64,000 nt of DNA from a virus, in the IMG/VR virus record IMGVR_UViG_3300027782_000079, positions 4,777 to 68,776 of that record; one strand, given 5' to 3'. The notes beneath the pieces were generated by a model that saw nothing but the letters and a program-made list of their open reading frames with translations, had not been told where the DNA came from and ran no database searches. Below, piece after piece: positions 29,233 to 37,473 of the stretch. A program made the translations under genes and the position numbers. Within the stretch, counting starts at the first letter, position 1. The number at the start of each line of letters is the position of its first letter.

Positions 29233-30297
29233 ATGGCAGCCAACACTATCGGAACAACTCCCAAAAACAGACTGAGCGAGATTCCTCATCCTTCAGTTGA
29301 CGGCTTTCCTTTTGAAACCGAAGAGGATCACATCATGGCGAGAATTCCTTTCAATCCCGAAGGAAAAGTGCGCTTTGAGGATGTCTTTCGAGTTGCAAAA
29401 GAATTGCAATTACTCAAAGGTCAATCCACCTATCGATCAGAGCGTGCATATCTTGATTTGCGTCACGCTGACGGACCTGTCGCCATGGTGTATTCATCAG
29501 ATTGGCATTTGGGGTCTCTTGGATGCGATTATGATGCCATGCAACGTGATCTGGATTTTGTTCTTCGTACTCCCAATATTGGATTGGCAACCGTTGGCGA
29601 CCTAAAAGATAATTTTGCGTCTTTCAAGAATGTTTCGGCCGTTCACGGTCAGGCATTTGCTGGAGATCTTCAGAATCTTGTCCTTGAAGACATCGCAACC
29701 AGACTTGTTGATGCCAACAAGCTATGGATCATTACATGGGACAATCATTCCACTGAATTTGACGAAAAAGTCATTGGATACGAAGCCGCCAATTATATTT
29801 GGCGTAATGGAGTTCGACAAAAGAAGACTATTGCGCTTGAAGGCGAAGGATATGTAGAACTTCACATTGGTGAAACGTTCTATTCCCATTTGATTATTCA
29901 TCAATCACGGTTCAATAACTCCATGCACAAACTGCACGGAAACAAGAAGTTGTATCAAGTGCGCTTTCCGGCGCACGTCATCGCTACCGGACACACACAC
30001 TCGCCTGATTTTGAGCAATATACGCACTATGAGCTTGCGGAATCGCTTGGATACGGTTTTGGCGGCAGGTCATATCTTGTCAAAACCGGTACGTACAAGA
30101 CCAAGGATACGTACAGTCAAAGGTATTTTGGACAGCCCTCCATCGGCACTCCAACTATCGTGTATTTTCCAATGCCAGAAAACATGAGAAAACATATCTG
30201 TTTTCCAACCGCCGAAGATGCTGTCAGGTACATGAGGGGTCCGGAATTCCTGCATGATTATTCCGAAAAAATGAGAAAGACTACATTTGCCACGTAG
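29233..30297 (+). CDS. calcineurin-like metallophosphoesterase
   Basis: Motifs SDWHLG, GDLKD, DNH, GHTH; start set at ATG 29233 (GAAGGA RBS). Confidence 0.8.
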   Translation: MAANTIGTTPKNRLSEIPHPSVDGFPFETEEDHIMARIPFNPEGKVRFEDVFRVAKELQLLKGQSTYRSERAYLDLRHADGPVAMVYSSDWHLGSLGCDYDAMQRDLDFVLRTPNIGLATVGDLKDNFASFKNVSAVHGQAFAGDLQNLVLEDIATRLVDANKLWIITWDNHSTEFDEKVIGYEAANYIWRNGVRQKKTIALEGEGYVELHIGETFYSHLIIHQSRFNNSMHKLHGNKKLYQVRFPAHVIATGHTHSPDFEQYTHYELAESLGYGFGGRSYLVKTGTYKTKDTYSQRYFGQPSIGTPTIVYFPMPENMRKHICFPTAEDAVRYMRGPEFLHDYSEKMRKTTFAT

Positions 30298-30329
30298 ACT
30301 TTGACATACTTTCCATACAGGAGGAAAGT

Positions 30330-30749
30330 ATGATAAAATTATTTTCTTTGTTTGTTCAGGGGAGCATGGGGTTTGGAATGTTTACCCCTGAACAACAACA
30401 ACTTGTGTCTATGATTATTGATGATGTTTTGTCATTGGTGCTTTCATTCGCTGTTGGCGCTACTGGCATATCATTGCCGATTTTGATAACATCGTTGTAT
30501 AAAAAAATAGAAATATCCAAAATAAAAGATCAATGGTTAATATTGACAATGTCTTCTGATTATTCAGTGCAAGCGGCTGAACAGACAATCAACAAGGGGG
30601 ACAATACTTTAAAATTTGATTATGCAGAAAAAACCCTTGCGCATATTGCAAAAAATCACGGAATCAAATTTGCAGATCATCAAATAATTCGTCTTTTAGT
30701 CGAATCTTCTCTTTCAAGACTGAAACAACAAAAATCTGAATCAGAGTAA
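30330..30749 (+). CDS. holin, LL-H-like
   Basis: Hydrophobic segment followed by VQAAEQ..KFDYA..IRLLVESS; AGGAGG RBS; upstream of the endolysin. Confidence 0.7.
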   Translation: MIKLFSLFVQGSMGFGMFTPEQQQLVSMIIDDVLSLVLSFAVGATGISLPILITSLYKKIEISKIKDQWLILTMSSDYSVQAAEQTINKGDNTLKFDYAEKTLAHIAKNHGIKFADHQIIRLLVESSLSRLKQQKSESE

Positions 30750-30753
30750 GGAG

Positions 30754-30981
30754 GTGATGATGTCTTCCGCAGATTGCAAGGATATTTTGATTTTTTTTAA
30801 CGATCAAGAAAAATCAAATCTTGAATCTTTAAAAAACAAATGGACAACATATCGCATACAACATGAATCTGGATGGTTGTTTGAACCCGATGAAACAATG
30901 ATGAAAAAATTTGCTTATCAAAAATACCTTATTGAAAAAGGTTTGAGAAGCGATAATATTGAAAAGGACAAAAATTTATGA
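30754..30981 (+). CDS. hypothetical protein
   Basis: 75 aa; AAGGAGG RBS; lies between the two holin paralogues. Confidence 0.6.
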   Translation: MMMSSADCKDILIFFNDQEKSNLESLKNKWTTYRIQHESGWLFEPDETMMKKFAYQKYLIEKGLRSDNIEKDKNL

Positions 30982-31421
30982 TTTCTGACGCATTTACTCA
31001 TCTTTTGCCTCATTTAATTGAGTTTTTAGCAATTGTTGTTACTTGCATCGTTGGATTTATTGTAAAAATTATTCACGAAAATTTAAATGCAGCCAAGAAC
31101 AATCATCAATTTTTTCTTTTGGCTCAATATGCAGATATTGCGGTCAAGGCAGCAGAACAAAGCGTAAAAAATGGAAATGGCGCAGAAAAAATGACATATG
31201 CGTCCAGTTTTTTGGCAAACATTGCAAAAAATCATGGACTTGGATCCATTTCAGAACCAATGATTCGCACTCTTCTTGAAGCAGCAGTTTTTGCAGTTAA
31301 ATCTGATGCTGCAGGCAAATTACCTGTAATTGTCGCTTCGGATGCTTCTTCCGAAAAATCATCGATAAAAAATTCTTTATCATCTTTTACCGGAACACGC
31401 CGAAGAGTAGATTTAATATAA
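30978..31421 (+). CDS. holin, LL-H-like
   Basis: Single N-terminal TM segment; AVKAAEQ..GAEK..YA..IRTLLEAAV signature. Confidence 0.8.
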   Translation: MISDAFTHLLPHLIEFLAIVVTCIVGFIVKIIHENLNAAKNNHQFFLLAQYADIAVKAAEQSVKNGNGAEKMTYASSFLANIAKNHGLGSISEPMIRTLLEAAVFAVKSDAAGKLPVIVASDASSEKSSIKNSLSSFTGTRRRVDLI

Positions 31422-31448
31422 TGCATCTATTTATGAAAGGATTGAAAA

Positions 31449-32207
31449 ATGTACCCATTGCGTGACGCAAAAGACAATAACCCAACCATGGGCGGCTATG
31501 ATTTTGGAGAGTGGAGCACATACTCAAATCAGTATCATCCCGGAATCGATTTTAATGCAGGAAATGGAGGTGATGGAGATTTAGGAATGCCATTGGTTGC
31601 AGTATGCAAAATGGCGCTTCGAGCAAATGAATCAACCGCACGAGGATACGGAAATCATCAATGGTGGGAAGTTCTGGAAGGGCCGCATTTTGGATCTTGG
31701 CTTCATTACTGTCATGCAAATAATTTTGTTTGGAACAGTAACGACATTGATCAAGTAGTAAATCGTGGTGATGTAATTGGCGAGTGTGGCAAAAGCGGAA
31801 ATCAGCAGTTTGCGCATTTGCATTTTGAAGTCAAAAAAGACAAACCACAGAACTGGGGTTACTGGGGTGGAGGGCTAACCAAAGATCAAATGCTTGCAAC
31901 ATATACAAGTCCACTTGATTTTTGCAAGGATTATGATAATTATGTTCCTGATGATGAAAGTAAAGGAGATTACGATATGTTGAGTGATGCAGAAAAATCT
32001 TTGATCAATACCGTTCGAGAATTACAATTTATTGGAAATGCCGAATCGGTCATTCGATTGATGGCAGGACTTAATGCTAACGAAACAAGCGTTGAGGGCT
32101 GGATCAATGAAATTGGTGCTCTGAAAAGTCAACTTGCGCCAGTAAAGGAAGAATCCTCAGATCATGCGGGAGACCATCCCGAGGAAGCGGTAGTTGGCGG
32201 ACAATAG
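31449..32207 (+). CDS. M23 family peptidase (endolysin)
   Basis: HPGIDFN (HxxxD), GYGNH, YCH, VNRGDVIGECGKSG and HLHFE; follows the holins. Confidence 0.88.
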   Translation: MYPLRDAKDNNPTMGGYDFGEWSTYSNQYHPGIDFNAGNGGDGDLGMPLVAVCKMALRANESTARGYGNHQWWEVLEGPHFGSWLHYCHANNFVWNSNDIDQVVNRGDVIGECGKSGNQQFAHLHFEVKKDKPQNWGYWGGGLTKDQMLATYTSPLDFCKDYDNYVPDDESKGDYDMLSDAEKSLINTVRELQFIGNAESVIRLMAGLNANETSVEGWINEIGALKSQLAPVKEESSDHAGDHPEEAVVGGQ

Positions 32208-32775
32208 TTATACCAAGCACAATCAAATTGCCCGCAGTCACAGGATTCATCGCAATCCTGAACGATTGCGGGCATTGTTGCATTTGAAACCTTCTCAATC
32301 TCATGAAGAAAGTCAAATGCTTCGTTTTGGTCTTTGCTCTGTGCCAAATTGTCACGCTTTTGGAACAGAATTACATCCTTTAGATCTGCATCATATCATT
32401 CCTAGATCTCAATCAATAGAGAGAATACATGATCACAACAATCATTTGTATCTTTGCGGCGATTTTTTTCCCAATAATCATCACAAAGCTCTTCATGGAG
32501 AAGCAACAAAAGGGAAAAACGATTGGATTGCCTTGGGAATCTTTGGAGATTGGGCTGCCGAAGAGCCGTGCGAAGATCCGGCCAATTCCGGCCCTGTCTG
32601 GCCAAGTCTGCTACACTTGGCGCAAATGGATCGAATTGCTGCTGTTTTGCTGAAATCAAATATTGATTATGCTTTAGACTATGCAATAAAGAAAAACGTA
32701 TTACTTCCCGGATCTACGGTATCATCGGAAGATATTCTGTATATACAGAAATATATACAAGATTTATCGTTATAA
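32194..32775 (+). CDS. HNH endonuclease domain protein
   Basis: CSVPNC..LDLHHIIPRS..NHLYLC..HHKALH. Confidence 0.7.
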   Translation: MADNSYTKHNQIARSHRIHRNPERLRALLHLKPSQSHEESQMLRFGLCSVPNCHAFGTELHPLDLHHIIPRSQSIERIHDHNNHLYLCGDFFPNNHHKALHGEATKGKNDWIALGIFGDWAAEEPCEDPANSGPVWPSLLHLAQMDRIAAVLLKSNIDYALDYAIKKNVLLPGSTVSSEDILYIQKYIQDLSL

Positions 32776-32859
32776 CAAATCTATCGTATATTATCCCAAA
32801 TTAAGTATAAATATAACTATATTCGTGATATACACTTTATGTTGTAAGGATTTTTGGGA

Positions 32860-33384
32860 ATGAATAACGAAATAGATCCAGTACTGTCTTGGTTAGAAAA
32901 AGATATATCTCCGGCAATAGACGAAGCCAGTACATTGCTTTACGAATTTAGTAGACTAGAATTGCGGGATATTTCAAGAACCCATGAAATGTTGTGGAAA
33001 ATCTCCACGCTAAATCATCGATTAGGTTTATTATATGCAGATGCGGTTGAACTAAAAAACGAATTTCAAACGCAATGCGACGAGTTGCATTCCAAAGTGT
33101 TTCTTATGTTGACTTCAAAGAAGTTCGACTATAAGCTCACAAGTGAGGCCGCGAAGGCAGCTGGGGAGCTGGCAACGTCAAACCTTGCTTCGCTTGCGCA
33201 ACTGTATCCCGACGTGGTAGGCTCACTGAGCATCCTGCCCGGTCAGGAGCCCAAAAGGAGGTTGAATCAACTGTCGTCAACTGTGGAGAAGTTGAAGTCG
33301 ATTCAGCGAGACATGCAGGAATCGATCAACGGCATCAAGCACCTAGCCAACAGGGATCTTCAGCACACCATTCACGGGATTTGA
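32860..33384 (+). CDS. hypothetical helical protein
   Basis: ATG 32860 with AAGGA RBS; coiled-coil character. Confidence 0.6.
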   Translation: MNNEIDPVLSWLEKDISPAIDEASTLLYEFSRLELRDISRTHEMLWKISTLNHRLGLLYADAVELKNEFQTQCDELHSKVFLMLTSKKFDYKLTSEAAKAAGELATSNLASLAQLYPDVVGSLSILPGQEPKRRLNQLSSTVEKLKSIQRDMQESINGIKHLANRDLQHTIHGI

Positions 33385-33386
33385 TC

Positions 33387-33695
33387 ATGAACGAACGAGA
33401 CCAAGATCTTCGCAAAAACATAGACCTTTTTGTTGATGAAAATTTTCCCGAAGAATCAGAGATCATTCTTTTTGATGGGCTTGAACGAGCATTTGTAGGA
33501 GTCGGACGCATTTTTACCGGTCAATACCGGAGCGTTTACGACTACGATAAATGCATCGCGATTCTTTGTGAAGACATGACTGAAGAAGATGCTATCGAAT
33601 ATTTCGAATTCAACACTGTTGGGGCATACGTGGGCGAGGCAACTCCGCTCATTGTTCATCGCTTTTCTGTAGGAGAGTCTTCTGGCGCAGTGTAG
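33387..33695 (+). CDS. conserved hypothetical phage protein
   Basis: DGLERAFVG..VYDYDKCI..MTEEDAIEYFEFNTVGAYVGEATP, a pattern familiar from aquatic phage hypotheticals. Confidence 0.7.
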   Translation: MNERDQDLRKNIDLFVDENFPEESEIILFDGLERAFVGVGRIFTGQYRSVYDYDKCIAILCEDMTEEDAIEYFEFNTVGAYVGEATPLIVHRFSVGESSGAV

Positions 33696-33919
33696 TCTGC
33701 GACCAAGGAAATGAAGGGAGCAGCAGAACAACTAGTAATCACGCAACGCAACCACGAGCAGCAACGCTTCATTCTTCCGGAATTACGACTCATTTCCCCC
33801 TCCTACAACTTTCAGTCGTTTTGTAAATATTATCCATTGTTTGATACATGCAAAACGGCTTCACAGGCCACGTTGGGTAAAACCAACAAACGGTCTTTTT
33901 TATTTAGGAGTATTGCAAA

Positions 33920-34576
33920 ATGGATAACAGGGAGAAATACGAGCCAATTGCCCGTGAGGCAGCCCGCGCTAACAACGTTGACGAATGCGTGATCATTGGA
34001 ATAATCACGCGAGAAAGCACTTGGAATCCACAGGCCAGAAACGGCACATCGATTGGAATTGCGCAGATAAATCCTGCCTTTCATGATGTCAATCCTCACG
34101 ACCCAGTTGCATCTATCTGGTATTTGGCCAAACTCATGCGGTCGTATCTTGATCGATATCGAGGCAGAACTGATCTGGCGTTGGCCGCCTATAATTGGGG
34201 ATCGACAAATCTGGACGAAAACCATTGGATCATTCCAGATAGCGTGCAGTGGAATTATGTTCGTCCTGTTCTGCGAGATGCCTCCAATTGTTTCGTGACT
34301 GCTTCAGAGCCGACTCCAGAACCGACCGCAGAGTCGACCGTGGTTTCAACTCAAGTACTTTCAACGCCGACTGCGACTCTCACTGCATTGCCAACAATCT
34401 CGCAGGGCGATCCTGTTGCTGTGGCGACTGCTCAGCCGACACCGGGAATCATTACGGTGACAGCAATGACGCAAAGTGCGGCAACGCCTACTCCGCCTGC
34501 GTTGTTTGACCCGATCTTTGCTGCATCCCTTGTGGCATTTCTAATGGTGACAAGGCTTTCCCGAATCTGGCCTTGA
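33920..34576 (+). CDS. lytic transglycosylase (SLT) with Pro/Thr linker and hydrophobic C-terminal tail
   Basis: IITRESTWNPQA (catalytic Glu), GIAQI and ALAAYNWG; AGGAG RBS. Confidence 0.88.
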   Translation: MDNREKYEPIAREAARANNVDECVIIGIITRESTWNPQARNGTSIGIAQINPAFHDVNPHDPVASIWYLAKLMRSYLDRYRGRTDLALAAYNWGSTNLDENHWIIPDSVQWNYVRPVLRDASNCFVTASEPTPEPTAESTVVSTQVLSTPTATLTALPTISQGDPVAVATAQPTPGIITVTAMTQSAATPTPPALFDPIFAASLVAFLMVTRLSRIWP

Positions 34577-34601
34577 CAGACGGGATCGATCTTGGTATAT
34601 G
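34573..34601 (+). promoter_or_regulatory. sigma70-type promoter of the putative early operon
   Basis: Perfect TTGACA-17 nt-TATATG with extended TG, followed by hairpin gcgaggggc-aagc-gctcctcgc. Confidence 0.5.
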
Positions 34602-34657
34602 TTTAGCGGCGAGGGGCAAGCGCTCCTCGCACATTTAGCATCGAAAGGTTCAGGCTC

Positions 34658-35215
34658 ATGCCTTGCCACGATATCCTTATCGAAACTGGCATCACGCAAG
34701 CTACGTACGAACAGATTCGCGCAACAAGTCCGATGTGGAAATATTGGATTTCTGCATTTCCCATGGCTGGCAGCGAACTTGTGTCGCCGATAGTGCGTCC
34801 TGACGGAACGCTTGCAATGCCCGCGTATTCCTATGGAATTTCCAGTGAGGAAAGCGCAGCACTTGTTGAGCGATACAAGCAGTCGTATCTTGCCACTCAG
34901 ATCTTTGCCGCACTTGAAGCAGAGGGCTATGAGATGCATGCGGTTCCTTCTCCTGAGCATGAAGGAACGTGGGTTATCACCGCAAAAGATGTTGCGCGAA
35001 ATGCAACCATTGGTGTAACCGTTTATCGCACACTTGAGTTCGAAATCGATTTTCTTGACGCATTGCATGACGACAGTGTCTGGCTTGCCGGTGGAGAATT
35101 CGGGCGTGTTATCGAGCGCATTCGAAGCATGGGACTGACTGCCGAAATTGTGAAACTTGACGTGGATGACGAAAAAAAGCGTCAATTCGGTCAAAGTTCT
35201 TTTCTTCTTGCTTGA
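34658..35215 (+). CDS. hypothetical protein, DUF1257/Ycf35-like
   Basis: DGTLAM..LVERYKQSYLATQIFAALEAEGYEM..EGTWVITA resembles the Ycf35 C-terminal pattern; adjacent to the AAA ATPase. Confidence 0.45.
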   Translation: MPCHDILIETGITQATYEQIRATSPMWKYWISAFPMAGSELVSPIVRPDGTLAMPAYSYGISSEESAALVERYKQSYLATQIFAALEAEGYEMHAVPSPEHEGTWVITAKDVARNATIGVTVYRTLEFEIDFLDALHDDSVWLAGGEFGRVIERIRSMGLTAEIVKLDVDDEKKRQFGQSSFLLA

Positions 35216-35234
35216 TTCTCAAAGGAGCACTCTC

Positions 35235-37148
35235 GTGTCTGAATCAATGATTGCGCCACGCCCCGAATGGGTGCGTACAGTGGTTCGCAAATATCAAACG
35301 GGCGAAGGTCATGCATTTCTTCTTTCTGGCCCCGGAATACATGATATTGACTCTTCTTCGTATTCGCTTCACGCAAATATCTATCATCTTTTTGGAAACA
35401 AAACGGTTCCCAACAAGCCAGCTCAGTTGGATTTCGACATTGTTGTTCGCTATGATCGTTTCTCTGGTTTTCGTTTTCTTGGCGGCCCGGATAAGCGGTC
35501 TGCTGATCGAGACAAATTCAAGTCGCTTGTCGAAAAAACTCAAACAGATGCGGCTGGAGTTGGTCCCGGAGGGATTCGCGGAGGAATTGGCTCGGGTATA
35601 GCATCGGCACCGAAGTCTGACATTTTAGATCGATCAAAGAGCCCTTCATTGGCCATTCCCTTGATGCATGAAGCGCTTCAACAATCTGAAGTGCGTCTGT
35701 GTGTCATTCTCGATGAGTTTCAAAGCATGTGTCCTCGTGGTGATTGGGACAAGATTGGAGAAATGTTCTCGAATTGCATTCTTGCTTGCCGTTCATGGGG
35801 ACTTGACTTCGAAAACGTCGGCGGACACGGCAAAAGGTGGAAATCAGCCGGAACTGGCCATATGATCATCGGCATAACCGATGACAAGGGCGAAGTTAGC
35901 AACGTGCTGTCGCGTGGGCGTTCATCAAGTGGATGGATTCCCGTGAATGTCGGATTTCCTTCCTATACTGAGCGTGAGTATTACATTTCCGAAAAAGTTC
36001 TCACTCCCGCGTATACCGAACGTGTTTCGATTGATTTTGGCGACAATACTGGCCCCATGCAATATGTTCCGTGGCTCGCAGGAGCAACGGGAGGCTTGAC
36101 GATTCGGGCAATCGAGGACATGCAGCTTAGTGGAGAACGTCATCGGGCATTGAATCGCGACATGGTGCAGAGAATCATCAACGAAACCATTTCCGAGCAG
36201 TTTGCCGGTCAAGGTGGATCAGACTACCTGACTGTCATCAATCCCTCTCGTGGTCTTGCCGGATATGGCATTCCTCAGTATCTTTCAGAATATTTTTCAT
36301 GGTTTCTTGAGGAGTTTCGAGAAGGCAGGTTGAGAAACAGCAACATTCTTATGGCTGGACCTCCCGGAACTGGAAAAAGCATTCTCGCTTACGCCTTGGC
36401 ATATGAGCTTGGGTACAAATGCGTGCATTGGTCGCCCGCACTAACGCAAAGCAAATGGGTCGGAGACACCGAGAAGCAATTGCAACAAGTTCTCAATTGG
36501 GTTGAGGCGAATCTTCCCTGCATGATGTTTGTTGACGAAATCGACGTTGCCATGGTTTCTCGTGATGGCGGATCGGTAGATACTTCTGGAGTAGGATCCA
36601 AAATGTTGTCAATTCTCATGCCGTGGCTGGAGCGAGACGACATCAAGGGCAAACTGCTCTTCGTTGGTGCGACAAACCGTCCTGACAACATTGACGGTGC
36701 CTTGAAGCGTCGTTTGCAGAATATCATTCCCGTGTTGCCTCCCATGCTGCCACAAGAACGTCGTGCAGTCATTGCGAACGTGCTCTCACGAGAGCAAGGT
36801 GTCAGTTTTCCAATTGAAGATATTCCAGAGGATATTTGCGGAGAAGCGACGAGATGGTATACCCAAGCCAATCTGAGCGTGTTGGTTCAGAAGGCAACCA
36901 GTATTGCATCTCGTCTTCGCACTGATTTTCGTTCTGATGTAACTGGATTTCTTCGTCGCGCCACAAGTCTTTACCGTGTCGACACTGCCAGAACTGAAGC
37001 CCTGTCGTATCTTGCAGTCTCTCAGTCGACCGATGACGAGTTATTGCCTCCGGGATTTCAACCCAAACAAGAACGCGAAGTCAAAAAATTGCTGCGAGAA
37101 GTTGTAGAGGATGACGAACTTGGACCAAGCGAACGTGGAATACGCTGA
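35235..37148 (+). CDS. AAA+ ATPase (Ycf46/SpoVK-like; degenerate N-terminal plus intact C-terminal AAA domain)
   Basis: GPPGTGKS, FVDEID, ATNRPDNIDGALKRR; GTG start with AAGGAG RBS. Confidence 0.88.
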   Translation: MSESMIAPRPEWVRTVVRKYQTGEGHAFLLSGPGIHDIDSSSYSLHANIYHLFGNKTVPNKPAQLDFDIVVRYDRFSGFRFLGGPDKRSADRDKFKSLVEKTQTDAAGVGPGGIRGGIGSGIASAPKSDILDRSKSPSLAIPLMHEALQQSEVRLCVILDEFQSMCPRGDWDKIGEMFSNCILACRSWGLDFENVGGHGKRWKSAGTGHMIIGITDDKGEVSNVLSRGRSSSGWIPVNVGFPSYTEREYYISEKVLTPAYTERVSIDFGDNTGPMQYVPWLAGATGGLTIRAIEDMQLSGERHRALNRDMVQRIINETISEQFAGQGGSDYLTVINPSRGLAGYGIPQYLSEYFSWFLEEFREGRLRNSNILMAGPPGTGKSILAYALAYELGYKCVHWSPALTQSKWVGDTEKQLQQVLNWVEANLPCMMFVDEIDVAMVSRDGGSVDTSGVGSKMLSILMPWLERDDIKGKLLFVGATNRPDNIDGALKRRLQNIIPVLPPMLPQERRAVIANVLSREQGVSFPIEDIPEDICGEATRWYTQANLSVLVQKATSIASRLRTDFRSDVTGFLRRATSLYRVDTARTEALSYLAVSQSTDDELLPPGFQPKQEREVKKLLREVVEDDELGPSERGIR

Positions 37149-37467
37149 AGTTGATTACGATGAATTAATTCGTATCGACAATGAGGTGCGAAAAGAATAC
37201 GACTATGATCAGTTAATTGATTTGCACTCGTTGCGTTGTATGGGAAACTTCATAGTTGTCAACGTCAATCCAGTTGATGACCCTGCTCGCATTATAGAGC
37301 ACTTGTGTGCGCTTAAACGAGATCAGATTATTTCCATGATTCAATTTTGCGAAAAACGTGGCTGGGATTGGGATATCGATCCTTATTTGATGGATGTAGG
37401 CTCCAAAGAGGTTGAGTATCAATCCCTCCTAGAAGATCAGCGGTCATTTCCGATACCCGGACAGTAG
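37111..37467 (+). CDS. hypothetical acidic protein
   Basis: 118 aa, GAGG upstream, in operon. Confidence 0.6.
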   Translation: MTNLDQANVEYAEVDYDELIRIDNEVRKEYDYDQLIDLHSLRCMGNFIVVNVNPVDDPARIIEHLCALKRDQIISMIQFCEKRGWDWDIDPYLMDVGSKEVEYQSLLEDQRSFPIPGQ

Positions 37468-37473
37468 GAAAAA

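Noticed and set aside
29121-30340. TTGACA hexamers at 29121 and 30301 as promoters
   Set aside because: No -10 element at 16-18 nt spacing.
32776-32850. TATAAATA as a T4-type late promoter, or AT-rich origin
   Set aside because: Single noticed occurrence in an AT-rich gap; not seen before structural genes and no iterons evident.
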